Sequence record: MN013077.1
From: Klebsiella phage vB_KaeM_KaOmega
DNA: 64,000 nt
Strand: one strand, 5' to 3'
Both the position numbers and the translations under genes were made by a program. The notes below the pieces were generated by a model. That model was given only the letters and a program-made list of their open reading frames with translations, had not been told where the DNA came from and did no database searches. Shown here in pieces: positions 48,790 through 57,449 of this stretch (its first letter is position 1; the number at the start of each line of letters is the position of its first letter).

Positions 48790-49227
48790 ATGTTACATTC
48801 AATCAATAAAGAGCAAAAACTGTACGTCCTGAAGTGTGGCAACGGCTTTACCTGCTATGGGTTCGAAGTGCTGGACACAAACGCCCGCAAGGTTAAACAG
48901 TGGTTAGAATCTGAAGGTGCAACAGTCGAGGATCTCCCATATCGCAAGGGCACAAAGAAGCATTATAAAGCCTGTCAAGATATGATCGCCGCTGGTTGTG
49001 CTTATCATGCCAGAACGGGCAAACGCTGCCTTGCTGGACTCACCAAACAATTAAAGGGCCTGGAGGGTCGCCGGGTAGAGGTTGTCACCATGTACGGCGA
49101 AAAACGCCGCTTTATTGTGGGCCGTTCTACTGGCTGGATGCCTGCCCACTTAGAGATCGCCCGCGTCAACAGTAGCGGCGGCATGAGTGCAGAGCAGGAA
49201 TATAAATCTGTAACTATCGTAAAATAA
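48790..49227 (+). CDS. early protein (145 aa)
   Basis: Conserved leader CATAGCGACGCACACCGCGCCGCAC..GAGAGACCGT. Confidence 0.5.
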   Translation: MLHSINKEQKLYVLKCGNGFTCYGFEVLDTNARKVKQWLESEGATVEDLPYRKGTKKHYKACQDMIAAGCAYHARTGKRCLAGLTKQLKGLEGRRVEVVTMYGEKRRFIVGRSTGWMPAHLEIARVNSSGGMSAEQEYKSVTIVK

Positions 49228-49230
49228 ACG

Positions 49231-49259
49231 TTGACACCGGGGCCACCTAGCCCCATAAT
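49231..49259 (+). promoter_or_regulatory. sigma70 promoter with GGGGCC/GGCCCC spacer hairpin
   Basis: TTGACA-17-CATAAT. Confidence 0.7.
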
Positions 49260-49309
49260 ACAAACAAGCCCGGCAAATGGTGCCCGGCAAAATCAGAGAG
49301 TAAAAGAAA

Positions 49310-49531
49310 ATGGCTAAAGTAACCTATAAAAAATCACGTGGCGTTTCCTCTGTTAACCTGGCGGCGGTTGTAACCCTGCCCGCATACCGTACCCGTGACG
49401 AGGCGCGCGCCGTTGCCAGTAAGATCCGCGCCGCTGGCGTGACCCCGACAACGCCAACCAAAACGGCGGACGGCTGGCGAGTTACCGCAAAGCATAACGG
49501 CGGCACACTTTCCCGCAACACTCACCGCTAA
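49310..49531 (+). CDS. early small basic protein
   Basis: 73-aa ORF. Confidence 0.45.
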   Translation: MAKVTYKKSRGVSSVNLAAVVTLPAYRTRDEARAVASKIRAAGVTPTTPTKTADGWRVTAKHNGGTLSRNTHR

Positions 49532-49540
49532 CCAATTGCA

Positions 49541-49562
49541 GGCCCCCGGCGGGGGCCTTTCG
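49541..49562 (+). terminator. hairpin with weak T-tract (possible terminator or processing site)
   Basis: GGCCCCCG-GCGGGGGCC followed by TTTCGTGT. Confidence 0.35.
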
Positions 49563-49577
49563 TGTGGAGTCAGTAAC

Positions 49578-49922
49578 ATGACCAAACAGATCTACCATGT
49601 ACCGATCACGCCGCTTTTCCGTTGTCATATCTTTTATGACTGTAATGATCTTGCGGGGCAATGGATCGGCGATACCGATCAACAATATGATTTCCCGGAA
49701 TGGGACGAACTAAACCGCCGTGTAAGCAACGCCGCACACAATGCCGATCCTGATAGCCTGGCGGACGTGGAACACTTCCCCGGCGGGGCCGCTTGTTTTC
49801 CTTATATTGAGATCACCGCGCCAACGTGGGCGCTATGTAAAGCGATGGGCGACGCCGTGATCCGTTGCATCCTGGACAATGGCGGGATCGTCGAACCAAA
49901 AGACAACGGAATAAATATTTAA
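49578..49922 (+). CDS. early protein
   Basis: ATG at 49578. Confidence 0.4.
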   Translation: MTKQIYHVPITPLFRCHIFYDCNDLAGQWIGDTDQQYDFPEWDELNRRVSNAAHNADPDSLADVEHFPGGAACFPYIEITAPTWALCKAMGDAVIRCILDNGGIVEPKDNGINI

Positions 49923-49941
49923 ATTATTTTCGTTTTAGGGG

Positions 49942-49970
49942 TTGACGCCCGGCGGCGTTACCCTCATAAT
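49942..49970 (+). promoter_or_regulatory. sigma70 promoter (TTGACG-17-CATAAT)
   Basis: Consensus hexamers. Confidence 0.6.
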
Positions 49971-50022
49971 GTATCACATAGGGCGACGGAATAACCCGCC
50001 GCCAAAACCAAAAGGTAACAGT

Positions 50023-50262
50023 ATGCAAACCGTAATGATTAGCCACCCGGATCACGCTTCAGACTTCTACGCCCCGATTTACGCGCCGCTTGAATGGCAA
50101 CGCGCCGGACTGCAAAAAACCGCCACGGGCTACGGCACAAAGATCCCGACGTCCTACATGTTGGACTATCAAGGCAAGCGCCGCCGGATCTACGTTGACC
50201 AGTACAGCAACAGCGGCCACACTTACATAATGATCAAAGGCGAAAAAATTACGGTCTGCTAA
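50023..50262 (+). CDS. early small protein
   Basis: ATG at 50023; leader CACATAGGGCGACGG... Confidence 0.45.
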   Translation: MQTVMISHPDHASDFYAPIYAPLEWQRAGLQKTATGYGTKIPTSYMLDYQGKRRRIYVDQYSNSGHTYIMIKGEKITVC

Positions 50263-50271
50263 AAATAATTG

Positions 50272-50301
50272 TTGACCAGGGGCCGGGTTAGGCCCCATAA
50301 T
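50272..50301 (+). promoter_or_regulatory. sigma70 promoter with spacer hairpin
   Basis: TTGACC-18-CATAAT. Spacer GGGGCC-gggtta-GGCCCC. Confidence 0.7.
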
Positions 50302-50333
50302 ACCAGACATACCAAACAAACGAGGCTTTAAAA

Positions 50334-50564
50334 ATGAATCTGACTACTATCGGCGCTAACCAAACTATGATCACCCTGGCAAATGGCGCACAGGTTTTCT
50401 TTTCCTACAATACCCCGGTTGCGGCATACCTGCCCGGCGAGGGCTACTTGGTGACCGCCACAAAGCACAGCGCCACCACCTCAAAGCATGTTAACGCTTG
50501 GGCTGGCAAAGGTTGCGAGACCCGCCCACAGGAATTTTTTGATAATCTGATTAAATCCGCTTGA
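50334..50564 (+). CDS. early small protein
   Basis: 76-aa ORF. Confidence 0.45.
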   Translation: MNLTTIGANQTMITLANGAQVFFSYNTPVAAYLPGEGYLVTATKHSATTSKHVNAWAGKGCETRPQEFFDNLIKSA

Positions 50565-50590
50565 CGTTGGTTTATGCTGGGGTATATAAT
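50561..50590 (+). promoter_or_regulatory. sigma70 promoter (TTGACG-18-TATAAT)
   Basis: Consensus hexamers, no hairpin. Confidence 0.6.
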
Positions 50591-50642
50591 CCCCGGCATA
50601 GGCAAGCGAAAGCAAACAACCAAACCGAAAGGATAGTAAACG

Positions 50643-51023
50643 ATGAACATTATCAACACTGTAAACGCTAACGAAATCAAAGAAATTTCCGTAACTGGTA
50701 AACGTTGGTTCCAACGTAGCGCCGGGAACACTTACCACAGTGTAAGCCTGGCGGCGCTGGTATCCGTAGAAGTGGCGGACCGTTTAGGCGCTAACCAATA
50801 CGGAAACAAGTCCGGCGACGTGTGGATCGACCTGGCTTATGTTGGTTTCGCTTATGGGTATGAGCGCGGATTTGAACAAACCGCATTAAGTGCAATGATC
50901 GAGGCGGTGAAGGATTCCCCGGCGGCGTGGCGTAAAATGGTTTACGCTTGCCAGGCGGCGGCGGATCTGGGGGTTGTTTACACTGATAACGTTTACGACG
51001 TAAGCCGCAAAAAAGATTTATAA
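50643..51023 (+). CDS. early protein
   Basis: 126-aa ORF. Confidence 0.5.
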   Translation: MNIINTVNANEIKEISVTGKRWFQRSAGNTYHSVSLAALVSVEVADRLGANQYGNKSGDVWIDLAYVGFAYGYERGFEQTALSAMIEAVKDSPAAWRKMVYACQAAADLGVVYTDNVYDVSRKKDL

Positions 51024-51029
51024 TTGTGG

Positions 51030-51059
51030 TTGACACGGGGCCGGGTTAGGCCCCATAAT
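51030..51059 (+). promoter_or_regulatory. sigma70 promoter with spacer hairpin
   Basis: TTGACA-18-CATAAT. Confidence 0.7.
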
Positions 51060-51091
51060 ACCCGCACACCAACAGAAAAGAGATTCACACC

Positions 51092-51301
51092 ATGATCAAC
51101 GAACAGCAAGTAAACGACGTTAAACATGAGGCTTACCAGGTGGCGATCCGTAGCGGTTCCCGCGCCGCCTTTAATCTGGTTGTTGAGTTGTACCCAGAGC
51201 AGGCGCAAAATATCTTGATGCAGGTATCCGTTTTACTGGAGGCGACAAAGCACACCAAATTAAGCGCCGGGATCGACCGCCTCGCAAATAGTTTAAAATA
51301 G
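51092..51301 (+). CDS. early small protein
   Basis: 69-aa ORF. Confidence 0.45.
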   Translation: MINEQQVNDVKHEAYQVAIRSGSRAAFNLVVELYPEQAQNILMQVSVLLEATKHTKLSAGIDRLANSLK

Positions 51302-51304
51302 TTG

Positions 51305-51333
51305 TTGACATCGGGGCCACCCGGCCCCATAAT
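51305..51333 (+). promoter_or_regulatory. sigma70 promoter with spacer hairpin
   Basis: TTGACA-17-CATAAT. Confidence 0.7.
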
Positions 51334-51383
51334 CTGATACATAGCGACGCACAACGCGCCGCACAAAATAGAGAGACCGTAAA

Positions 51384-51749
51384 ATGACTACTTCCACCAA
51401 AAACACCGCCGCTACTGCCGCCGTTCGCGCTTACGTTGTATCTGTTATCGACTTTGAAGGCACCGACGCCGAAAAGCTGAAATTTTTCTTTGATACCCTG
51501 CAATCTGAATACGGGCACGAGGTTAGCCGCTTGGGTCCACAACGCGCCATCACGGAATATCTTCGCGGCCTGCCGTCGTCAATCAATCATGCTTTTATGA
51601 ATCATGAGATCCTTGATCTTTTGTCTGAATGGGGTTACATTCATTTCCACACCACAGCAGCCCAGGAAGAATGGGAGTTAGATCAGTATTGGACACGTTT
51701 GGCGGGTTCTCTGATTATTCAGGCACGTAAGCACGGGGTGATTGAATGA
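51384..51749 (+). CDS. early protein
   Basis: 121-aa ORF. Confidence 0.5.
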   Translation: MTTSTKNTAATAAVRAYVVSVIDFEGTDAEKLKFFFDTLQSEYGHEVSRLGPQRAITEYLRGLPSSINHAFMNHEILDLLSEWGYIHFHTTAAQEEWELDQYWTRLAGSLIIQARKHGVIE

Positions 51750-52060
51750 TTACAGTTCTAACCTTGATCGGGTTAGCGGCGGCGGCGCTGTACTGCGTCG
51801 CCACTTACAAGGCGTCAGTTTGGCGGAAGGGTCAAAAAATGTACGGCTATTTTGAATATGAGTACAAAGGGGAGAAGGGATCAAGCCGGGACTATGGCGC
51901 GATGTTAGAGATCGATATGGTTGGCGCTATGAATTATCGCCAGGAGTTAGGCGCGGCGATCACTTATGAAGTTTATGATCCCTCAGAAGAGAAGATCGGG
52001 GAGATAATTGATCAACGTTACTATATGGAACAGCAACAAAACAAACGCCGGAGAAAATGA
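51746..52060 (+). CDS. early membrane-anchored protein
   Basis: 104 aa with an N-terminal TM helix. Confidence 0.45.
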   Translation: MITVLTLIGLAAAALYCVATYKASVWRKGQKMYGYFEYEYKGEKGSSRDYGAMLEIDMVGAMNYRQELGAAITYEVYDPSEEKIGEIIDQRYYMEQQQNKRRRK

Positions 52061-52062
52061 GA

Positions 52063-52197
52063 ATGATTCACACTAATATTAACCGCGATAAACAACCGCG
52101 CCGCGCCCGTCTCTCATATGCTGAAGCAGGCGAGCGCCTGCAACGTGAGAAGGCCAACAAACAACAGCGCCGTAAAACGCGCTATAACTGGGAGTAA
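52063..52197 (+). CDS. tiny basic protein (44 aa)
   Basis: Found by hand; GGAG RBS. Confidence 0.25.
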   Translation: MIHTNINRDKQPRRARLSYAEAGERLQREKANKQQRRKTRYNWE

Positions 52198-52243
52198 CCG
52201 CCCCCGGCATGGAAACACCAGGCCAAACCGTTTAAACCGCACA

Positions 52244-52270
52244 GGGGGCCGCTTAGGCCCCTTATTTTTG
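52244..52270 (+). terminator. rho-independent terminator
   Basis: GGGGCC-gctta-GGCCCC followed by TTATTTTT. Confidence 0.6.
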
Positions 52271-52286
52271 ATCTACGGGGTACACA

Positions 52287-52514
52287 ATGCAAAACCTTTA
52301 CAGCATGACCGAATTTATCCGATTGTTAGCAGGTCGCCCGATGGGGTTTACCTGCCTTTACCTGGTAACCGACGGCAAAGGCTATCGTATAACGTCCAAA
52401 TCATTAGCCGCCATTGCAGCGCGGGAAGGGGTGAAGATCTCCACCTCCCAGGCGCTGATTGTGGACCCGGCGACCGTGGCGACGATTGAGGCGATCCGGG
52501 TTACCGTAAAATAA
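52287..52514 (+). CDS. early small protein
   Basis: 75-aa ORF; no dedicated promoter seen. Confidence 0.4.
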   Translation: MQNLYSMTEFIRLLAGRPMGFTCLYLVTDGKGYRITSKSLAAIAAREGVKISTSQALIVDPATVATIEAIRVTVK

Positions 52515-52538
52515 TTTAAAATATTTTCATCCTGGGGC

Positions 52539-52567
52539 TTGACGTCCGGCCCCGGTTCCCCCATAAT
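52539..52567 (+). promoter_or_regulatory. sigma70 promoter (TTGACG-17-CATAAT)
   Basis: Spacer CCGGCCCCGG. Confidence 0.65.
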
Positions 52568-52617
52568 CTAACCCATAGCGACGCACACCGCGCCGCACAA
52601 ACAAAAGAGAGACCGTT

Positions 52618-53034
52618 ATGACTTCCCCAATTTTCCGTATCAAATCAGGCTTATCGGCTTACGCATTATCTTGCGGTTACTTCCAGCGTATCGAGTCAGA
52701 GATCACCGGGGAAGATATCCGGGTTGACCTTTGGCATGAGTCGGGCCACTTCCACGCCCGCGCCCACAATTTTACAACCTCCACTCGGATCGAATGGGTA
52801 ACAGAAAGTAACCTTGACGACGCCCGCACACAATGGGCCGCGCTTGTCAAACAAATTTTTGGCGACGTGATCCGCACCATTAAAAAGGATAAGCGCTACA
52901 CCGTAAACCGTGAGTTTGCCGGAGAGTCATCACCCGCTTATGTGACCCGCTTTTGTGGCGAATGGGTATCAAACAGCGATACCGCGCCCGGCGCATGGGT
53001 AAAAGCCGCCGAACACAACGCCGAAAGAATTTAA
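52618..53034 (+). CDS. early protein
   Basis: 138-aa ORF. Confidence 0.5.
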   Translation: MTSPIFRIKSGLSAYALSCGYFQRIESEITGEDIRVDLWHESGHFHARAHNFTTSTRIEWVTESNLDDARTQWAALVKQIFGDVIRTIKKDKRYTVNREFAGESSPAYVTRFCGEWVSNSDTAPGAWVKAAEHNAERI

Positions 53035-53043
53035 AAATAATTG

Positions 53044-53072
53044 TTGACGGGGCCGACGATAGGCCCCATAAT
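53044..53072 (+). promoter_or_regulatory. sigma70 promoter with spacer hairpin (identical to the one at 48709)
   Basis: TTGACGGGGCCGACGATAGGCCCCATAAT. Confidence 0.7.
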
Positions 53073-53103
53073 ACCCACAGATAAGCAAACCGGAGTTAGA
53101 CCA

Positions 53104-53256
53104 ATGAAACATTATCTTGTAAACATTCCTGGCGTGGCTGGCCCGCTTAAAGTTTTCGGCTATGATGAACAGGACGCAAGAAAGCGCCTACGTGATCGGG
53201 AAGGTTTCGGATCACGCCTCCCACGGGGCACAAAATTTTATTTGCAAAACGCTTGA
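53104..53256 (+). CDS. tiny protein (50 aa)
   Basis: ATG at 53104. Confidence 0.35.
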   Translation: MKHYLVNIPGVAGPLKVFGYDEQDARKRLRDREGFGSRLPRGTKFYLQNA

Positions 53257-53282
53257 CGTGTGGTTATGCCGTCCCTTACAAT
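53253..53282 (+). promoter_or_regulatory. sigma70 promoter (TTGACG-17/18-TACAAT)
   Basis: Leader ACAAACGA...AACGAGG. Confidence 0.55.
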
Positions 53283-53334
53283 GACGGCATAGACAAACGA
53301 AAGCAAACCAGACAACCAAACGAGGGTTACAATT

Positions 53335-53586
53335 ATGTTTGAAGTATTCGCCGGAATGTGTTTTTATGCTGCCGCCGCTTTAAAACAGTGTGATGATTAC
53401 ACCGTTGAAGCATACGATGATCAATTAACGTGTGAGATCGTCGCCAATGGCTACCGTCAGGACCCGCGCTGGATTAACCCGGCTTGCATACCGGGGCCGG
53501 AAGTGGAAGCAATGCCGGAGGGTGATCCGTGGCTTGAACCTGTACCGCCTGCCGATCATTTCAATGTTAACCCGGCACAAAAATAA
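53335..53586 (+). CDS. early small protein
   Basis: 83-aa ORF. Confidence 0.45.
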   Translation: MFEVFAGMCFYAAAALKQCDDYTVEAYDDQLTCEIVANGYRQDPRWINPACIPGPEVEAMPEGDPWLEPVPPADHFNVNPAQK

Positions 53587-53589
53587 TTG

Positions 53590-53617
53590 TTGACGTGTGG
53601 TTATAGGTCTGTATAAT
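53590..53617 (+). promoter_or_regulatory. sigma70 promoter (TTGACG-16-TATAAT)
   Basis: Consensus hexamers. Confidence 0.6.
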
Positions 53618-53660
53618 GCGGACCTATAGACAAACGAAACGCCACCAAACGAGGCACAAA

Positions 53661-54020
53661 ATGAAATCATACGCTGAAGCTATCGCCACCCGTCCCGATC
53701 TCCTGGTAAAGGGTGATCTATTCCTTACGCTGGAGACTTTCGATTTTTCCCGTGATATCAACGGCAATACGATCAACAAATATCGCGCCGCGCTTGTCTC
53801 AGGCGACGAACAAAGCGTTTTAAACTGGTACGCCGCCGCCAATGAGCTGGAGATCCTCAAATCACCTTATCGCCGTGAACAGTCCCATAATGACGGCGCA
53901 AGCGCCGCCCTTTATCGCTTGGGCTTGCTGGGGTACGAACTGGAATACATTACCACACAATACGGCCCCGGCAAGCGCCGCGCCTATCGAATTTTCTACC
54001 GTGTAAAGAATGCAAAATAA
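53661..54020 (+). CDS. early protein
   Basis: ATG at 53661. Confidence 0.45.
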   Translation: MKSYAEAIATRPDLLVKGDLFLTLETFDFSRDINGNTINKYRAALVSGDEQSVLNWYAAANELEILKSPYRREQSHNDGASAALYRLGLLGYELEYITTQYGPGKRRAYRIFYRVKNAK

Positions 54021-54023
54021 GTA

Positions 54024-54052
54024 TTGACCAGGGGCCGGAAAGGCCCCATAAT
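54024..54052 (+). promoter_or_regulatory. sigma70 promoter with spacer hairpin
   Basis: TTGACC-17-CATAAT. Spacer GGGGCC-ggaaa-GGCCCC. Confidence 0.7.
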
Positions 54053-54088
54053 ACCAGACATACCCAAACAGGCATAAGAGGCCACAAA

Positions 54089-54268
54089 ATGAAATCATCT
54101 TTACTTTTCGCCCTGGTTGACATCGTGATCGGCAACGGTTGCGGGCAACATACTTTCATAGCTAACCGCCCCTATCCGCTGAAGTCATTGCAGGCCGACG
54201 CCCGCCTAACCGCCGGGCAGATCCGCCGCTACTTTCGTGAACCACACCCGGCAAAAAGTGCAAAATAA
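54089..54268 (+). CDS. tiny protein (59 aa)
   Basis: AAGAGG RBS. Confidence 0.35.
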   Translation: MKSSLLFALVDIVIGNGCGQHTFIANRPYPLKSLQADARLTAGQIRRYFREPHPAKSAK

Positions 54269-54271
54269 TTG

Positions 54272-54301
54272 TTGACGCCGGGCACCGTCCCGGCTTACAA
54301 T
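54272..54301 (+). promoter_or_regulatory. sigma70 promoter (TTGACG-17-TACAAT)
   Basis: Spacer CCGGG-N7-CCCGG. Confidence 0.55.
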
Positions 54302-54330
54302 GACCTCACACAAACAAACGAGGCTATAAC

Positions 54331-54627
54331 ATGCAACAGGCTAACACTCTTTTCATTCTGGCAAACGTAGCGGATCACGTCGTGGCTTCATTGTCTAACG
54401 TGGCGGGCACCGTCCAGATCATTTGCCGCCATATGGATGACAAAGCGCCGAACCGCTTACAAATCAACGTAGACCGCGCCGGGAAAGAATTTGTGATCTC
54501 TTATGACGCTATCTACAACGGCAAGCGGATCACGCAAGCAAAAAGCCAGCCTATCCCCGGCGATTTTGTCCAGGACGTGATCGCCGATATCGTAAACGAC
54601 ACGATCCCAGCGGGGGCCGCTGTATGA
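54331..54627 (+). CDS. early protein
   Basis: 98-aa ORF. Confidence 0.45.
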   Translation: MQQANTLFILANVADHVVASLSNVAGTVQIICRHMDDKAPNRLQINVDRAGKEFVISYDAIYNGKRITQAKSQPIPGDFVQDVIADIVNDTIPAGAAV

Positions 54628-54779
54628 ATCCGCATAAACTTTTAATCACCAGCTACACCAGCAAGGCGGATCGCCGTGAAACTTTGGACCGCTTAACCCG
54701 CTATTATCAGGAGGCCGGGCACAATAAGACAACCGCCCGCGCCCTGGCTAAAAAACGTTTACGTTTTGGTAAAAATTAG
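54624..54779 (+). CDS. tiny basic protein (51 aa)
   Basis: ATGA overlap with the upstream gene. Confidence 0.3.
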   Translation: MNPHKLLITSYTSKADRRETLDRLTRYYQEAGHNKTTARALAKKRLRFGKN

Positions 54780-54780
54780 C

Positions 54781-54809
54781 TTGACGCCCGGCCCGAAAGG
54801 GCCGATAAT
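54781..54809 (+). promoter_or_regulatory. sigma70 promoter (TTGACG-17-GATAAT)
   Basis: Spacer GGCCC-gaaa-GGGCC. Confidence 0.6.
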
Positions 54810-54861
54810 CTCTCACATAGGGCGGGGAATGGTTCCCCGCATTATCTAAGAGGTTATGAAC

Positions 54862-55014
54862 ATGTTTACTTTGATGACTTGGGAACACGAATCAAGCGCC
54901 CCGATCCGCCGGACCTTTGAAAACTTATGCGCTGCTTATCGCCTGGCGCAAGGCGGTTACTATAAAGCCCAAATCATCGACGAAAACAATATTGTAATGT
55001 ACGAATTTAAATGA
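54862..55014 (+). CDS. tiny protein (50 aa)
   Basis: AAGAGG RBS. Leader hairpin GGGCGGGGAATGGTTCCCCGC. Confidence 0.35.
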   Translation: MFTLMTWEHESSAPIRRTFENLCAAYRLAQGGYYKAQIIDENNIVMYEFK

Positions 55015-55043
55015 TTGACATCCGGCCCGAAAGGGCCGATAAT
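55015..55043 (+). promoter_or_regulatory. sigma70 promoter (TTGACA-17-GATAAT)
   Basis: Near-identical to the promoter at 54781. Confidence 0.6.
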
Positions 55044-55076
55044 GACCCCCACACCAAACAAAAGAGAGACCGTAAA

Positions 55077-55283
55077 ATGATTACTATGATTCTGCAAAAG
55101 TCCCGCCTGATTGATGTTACCGTCACCCTGTCCGCTTGCGGTGAATCATCCCGCCGGGCCGATCATTACCAGGTTACCGCTGTAAGCGACAACGGCGCGA
55201 TCCTGCTGTCTGAGGCGACCCCCGCGCTACATGAGGCATTTTTGACTTATTCGAAGTGGAAAGGGCCGGAAGAAATAAAATAA
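55077..55283 (+). CDS. early small protein
   Basis: ATG at 55077 with GAGAGACCGT leader. Confidence 0.45.
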   Translation: MITMILQKSRLIDVTVTLSACGESSRRADHYQVTAVSDNGAILLSEATPALHEAFLTYSKWKGPEEIK

Positions 55284-55290
55284 AAAGTAG

Positions 55291-55319
55291 TTGACGGCGG
55301 GGCCGATAGGCCCCATAAT
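55291..55319 (+). promoter_or_regulatory. sigma70 promoter with spacer hairpin
   Basis: TTGACG-17-CATAAT. Confidence 0.7.
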
Positions 55320-55353
55320 ACCACCACACCAAACGAATAAAGAGAATCACAAA

Positions 55354-55608
55354 ATGTTAAAATTCATCAAATCACTTTTCACCCGTACCGCCCCGGCTTG
55401 CAAGTTGCCACCCCTGGAGGCGAAAGGTGTGATCGCTCGCAAAGTCTCAGAATTGTTTATCATTTCATTGGTTCACAATGGCGGCGACTGTTACGAAATC
55501 ATCGAAATGGGCCGCTACACTAAAACAGGATCAAGCCGTGTCCGCTACGGTGAACACCGCGCCCGGAATCATTTTGATTCTGTATGCTGTATGGTCGGTG
55601 CAAAATAA
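55354..55608 (+). CDS. early small protein
   Basis: ATG at 55354. Confidence 0.45.
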   Translation: MLKFIKSLFTRTAPACKLPPLEAKGVIARKVSELFIISLVHNGGDCYEIIEMGRYTKTGSSRVRYGEHRARNHFDSVCCMVGAK

Positions 55609-55611
55609 ACC

Positions 55612-55640
55612 TTGACGGGGCCAACGTTAGGCCCCATAAT
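55612..55640 (+). promoter_or_regulatory. sigma70 promoter with spacer hairpin
   Basis: TTGACG-GGGCC-N7-GGCCC-CATAAT. Confidence 0.7.
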
Positions 55641-55690
55641 GTATCACACAGGGCGACACAACGCCGCCCACAAACAAAAGGCAGACCGTT

Positions 55691-56053
55691 ATGATCTTCA
55701 ATATCACCGAACTGAAAAAGAAAATGTCAGAGATGCTCTTCAATATTAGTGAATACGGGCACCCGTCCTACACTATCTTTGAGGCTGTTTTGTCAAAGTG
55801 CCAAAAGTTCGAATTAGTGATCGAGGTTGTACCGGGTCGCCTCCTGAAGTTGGGATCTGGCAAGTGGGGTTATAAACTTGATGCCTACGTCCAACAGTTA
55901 GCCGCCGGGGCCGATCCTATGGCAGATGATTATTGCGATGATGCCGACACTATCGCAAGCGTGGACGGTGAATATTGCCGGACAAAGGCGGCGCTTTTTG
56001 AAGCGATCAGCGAAGTTATCAACGAAGCAAAAGAAAACGTAATAACACGATAA
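55691..56053 (+). CDS. early protein
   Basis: 120-aa ORF. Confidence 0.5.
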   Translation: MIFNITELKKKMSEMLFNISEYGHPSYTIFEAVLSKCQKFELVIEVVPGRLLKLGSGKWGYKLDAYVQQLAAGADPMADDYCDDADTIASVDGEYCRTKAALFEAISEVINEAKENVITR

Positions 56054-56067
56054 GCTAAAAAGAATTG

Positions 56068-56097
56068 TTGACGCCGGGAAGCGTTACGGGTTATACT
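56068..56097 (+). promoter_or_regulatory. sigma70 promoter (TTGACG-17/18-TATACT)
   Basis: Spacer CCGGG..CGGG. Confidence 0.5.
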
Positions 56098-56145
56098 CTT
56101 TTCATCGGGTCACAACAGACCACAACAAACAAAGAGAGAAACAAA

Positions 56146-56223
56146 ATGAGCGTAATCTTCCTAGTATCTGTTTTCGTAGCTATTGCATCTTCTACCGCAA
56201 TTTGTATCAAACTGGGATACTAA
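56146..56223 (+). CDS. tiny hydrophobic peptide (25 aa, MSVIFLVSVFVAIASSTAICIKLGY)
   Basis: AAAGAGAGA RBS. Directly downstream of the promoter. Confidence 0.3.
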   Translation: MSVIFLVSVFVAIASSTAICIKLGY

Positions 56224-56227
56224 TTAA

Positions 56228-56620
56228 ATGACTACTTTCAACGTTTTACACTTAAACGCTTTTATCGCGGGTTACATTGAGGCAATGTTTTTTGCAGAGT
56301 CCGCCACCGATAGCGACGGCGAAGAGATCGAAAGTTTAGCCGGGTATGAGTTAAGCGCTGAAGCCCTGGACGCTGCCCGCATGGATTGTGCCCGCTTTAT
56401 GGACGTTGCGCCTCTGTTACTCAAAGGGGCAATGCTGGCAGGGGTTGACTATGACCACACCCAGGCGGGCCGGGATCTATGGTTTAGCCGTCAAGGGCAC
56501 GGCGTAGGATTCTGGGATCGCGGACTTGGGGCGATCGGTGATAAACTCCACGACGTGGCGAAGACTTTCGGATCAAAAAATCTGTTTATCAATGATGCCG
56601 GATTTATTGAGGTAGAATAA
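56228..56620 (+). CDS. early protein
   Basis: 130-aa ORF. Confidence 0.45.
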   Translation: MTTFNVLHLNAFIAGYIEAMFFAESATDSDGEEIESLAGYELSAEALDAARMDCARFMDVAPLLLKGAMLAGVDYDHTQAGRDLWFSRQGHGVGFWDRGLGAIGDKLHDVAKTFGSKNLFINDAGFIEVE

Positions 56621-57081
56621 TGAACCTTACAGATCTGAAGTATTACGACGAATTGACCCCAGCGGCGCAAGCTGAAGCCCGGCGCAACGTTGCCGCTAGT
56701 GTGCAGACTCACCACGGGCGGGAAATCGGAAAGGCGTTTTTTAAATTCCAGCGGGACCCAAACAAGGCGATCAATGACCCGCTGCACATCCGCCGGATCA
56801 TCAATGGCGGCGAAGCGTGGCGCAAGATCCGCCAGGAGGGCGACGCCTATCTAATCCGCTTTATCCGGTCCAATAAAGTGATCTTTACTGATTGCGGGGC
56901 GTATGTAGCGTATGTGGACGCCTTCACAATGTTTATTGATGGGTTGGAATACATACCCACAGCCGAACAGCAAAAGACTCTTAGAACGCCTTACATCGAC
57001 GTTAACGGGCGGGGGCCTGCGTTTCATGATTGGCTATACCGTATGCACCACAAAATAAAGTTTTTCATGATCCGGGGTTGA
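56620..57081 (+). CDS. early protein
   Basis: 153-aa ORF. Confidence 0.5.
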   Translation: MNLTDLKYYDELTPAAQAEARRNVAASVQTHHGREIGKAFFKFQRDPNKAINDPLHIRRIINGGEAWRKIRQEGDAYLIRFIRSNKVIFTDCGAYVAYVDAFTMFIDGLEYIPTAEQQKTLRTPYIDVNGRGPAFHDWLYRMHHKIKFFMIRG

Positions 57082-57106
57082 CACCCGGCGGAATAGGGCC
57101 GATAAT
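57078..57106 (+). promoter_or_regulatory. sigma70 promoter (TTGACA-17-GATAAT)
   Basis: Leader hairpin GGGCGGGGAATGGTCCCCGG, as at 54820. Confidence 0.6.
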
Positions 57107-57159
57107 GTCTCTCATAGGGCGGGGAATGGTCCCCGGCCCAATGAACTGGAGTCAGTACA

Positions 57160-57411
57160 ATGGAAATCAAACACGTAATTTCTGCAAACGTCGCCGTTTT
57201 AGGTTCTGTAAGTGAAACCCGTGTGAGTCTGGCGAAATGGTGCGCCGCTCAAACTTTCGGGAGTTACGGCGAAAAGGTAACAGAGGTTAAGCGCTTGCTT
57301 TCCTTTGGCAACGTGGGCCGCAAGTTGTTAACAGAGGATATCGCCCGCCGGGTTGAGATCCATTATTCACTTGCTCAAATCATCGTAAAAGAGATCGAAA
57401 GCGCAATTTAA
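57160..57411 (+). CDS. early small protein
   Basis: 83-aa ORF. Confidence 0.45.
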   Translation: MEIKHVISANVAVLGSVSETRVSLAKWCAAQTFGSYGEKVTEVKRLLSFGNVGRKLLTEDIARRVEIHYSLAQIIVKEIESAI

Positions 57412-57449
57412 CCCGGCCCGGCCCCGAAAGGGGCCAAAAGGAAAATAAA

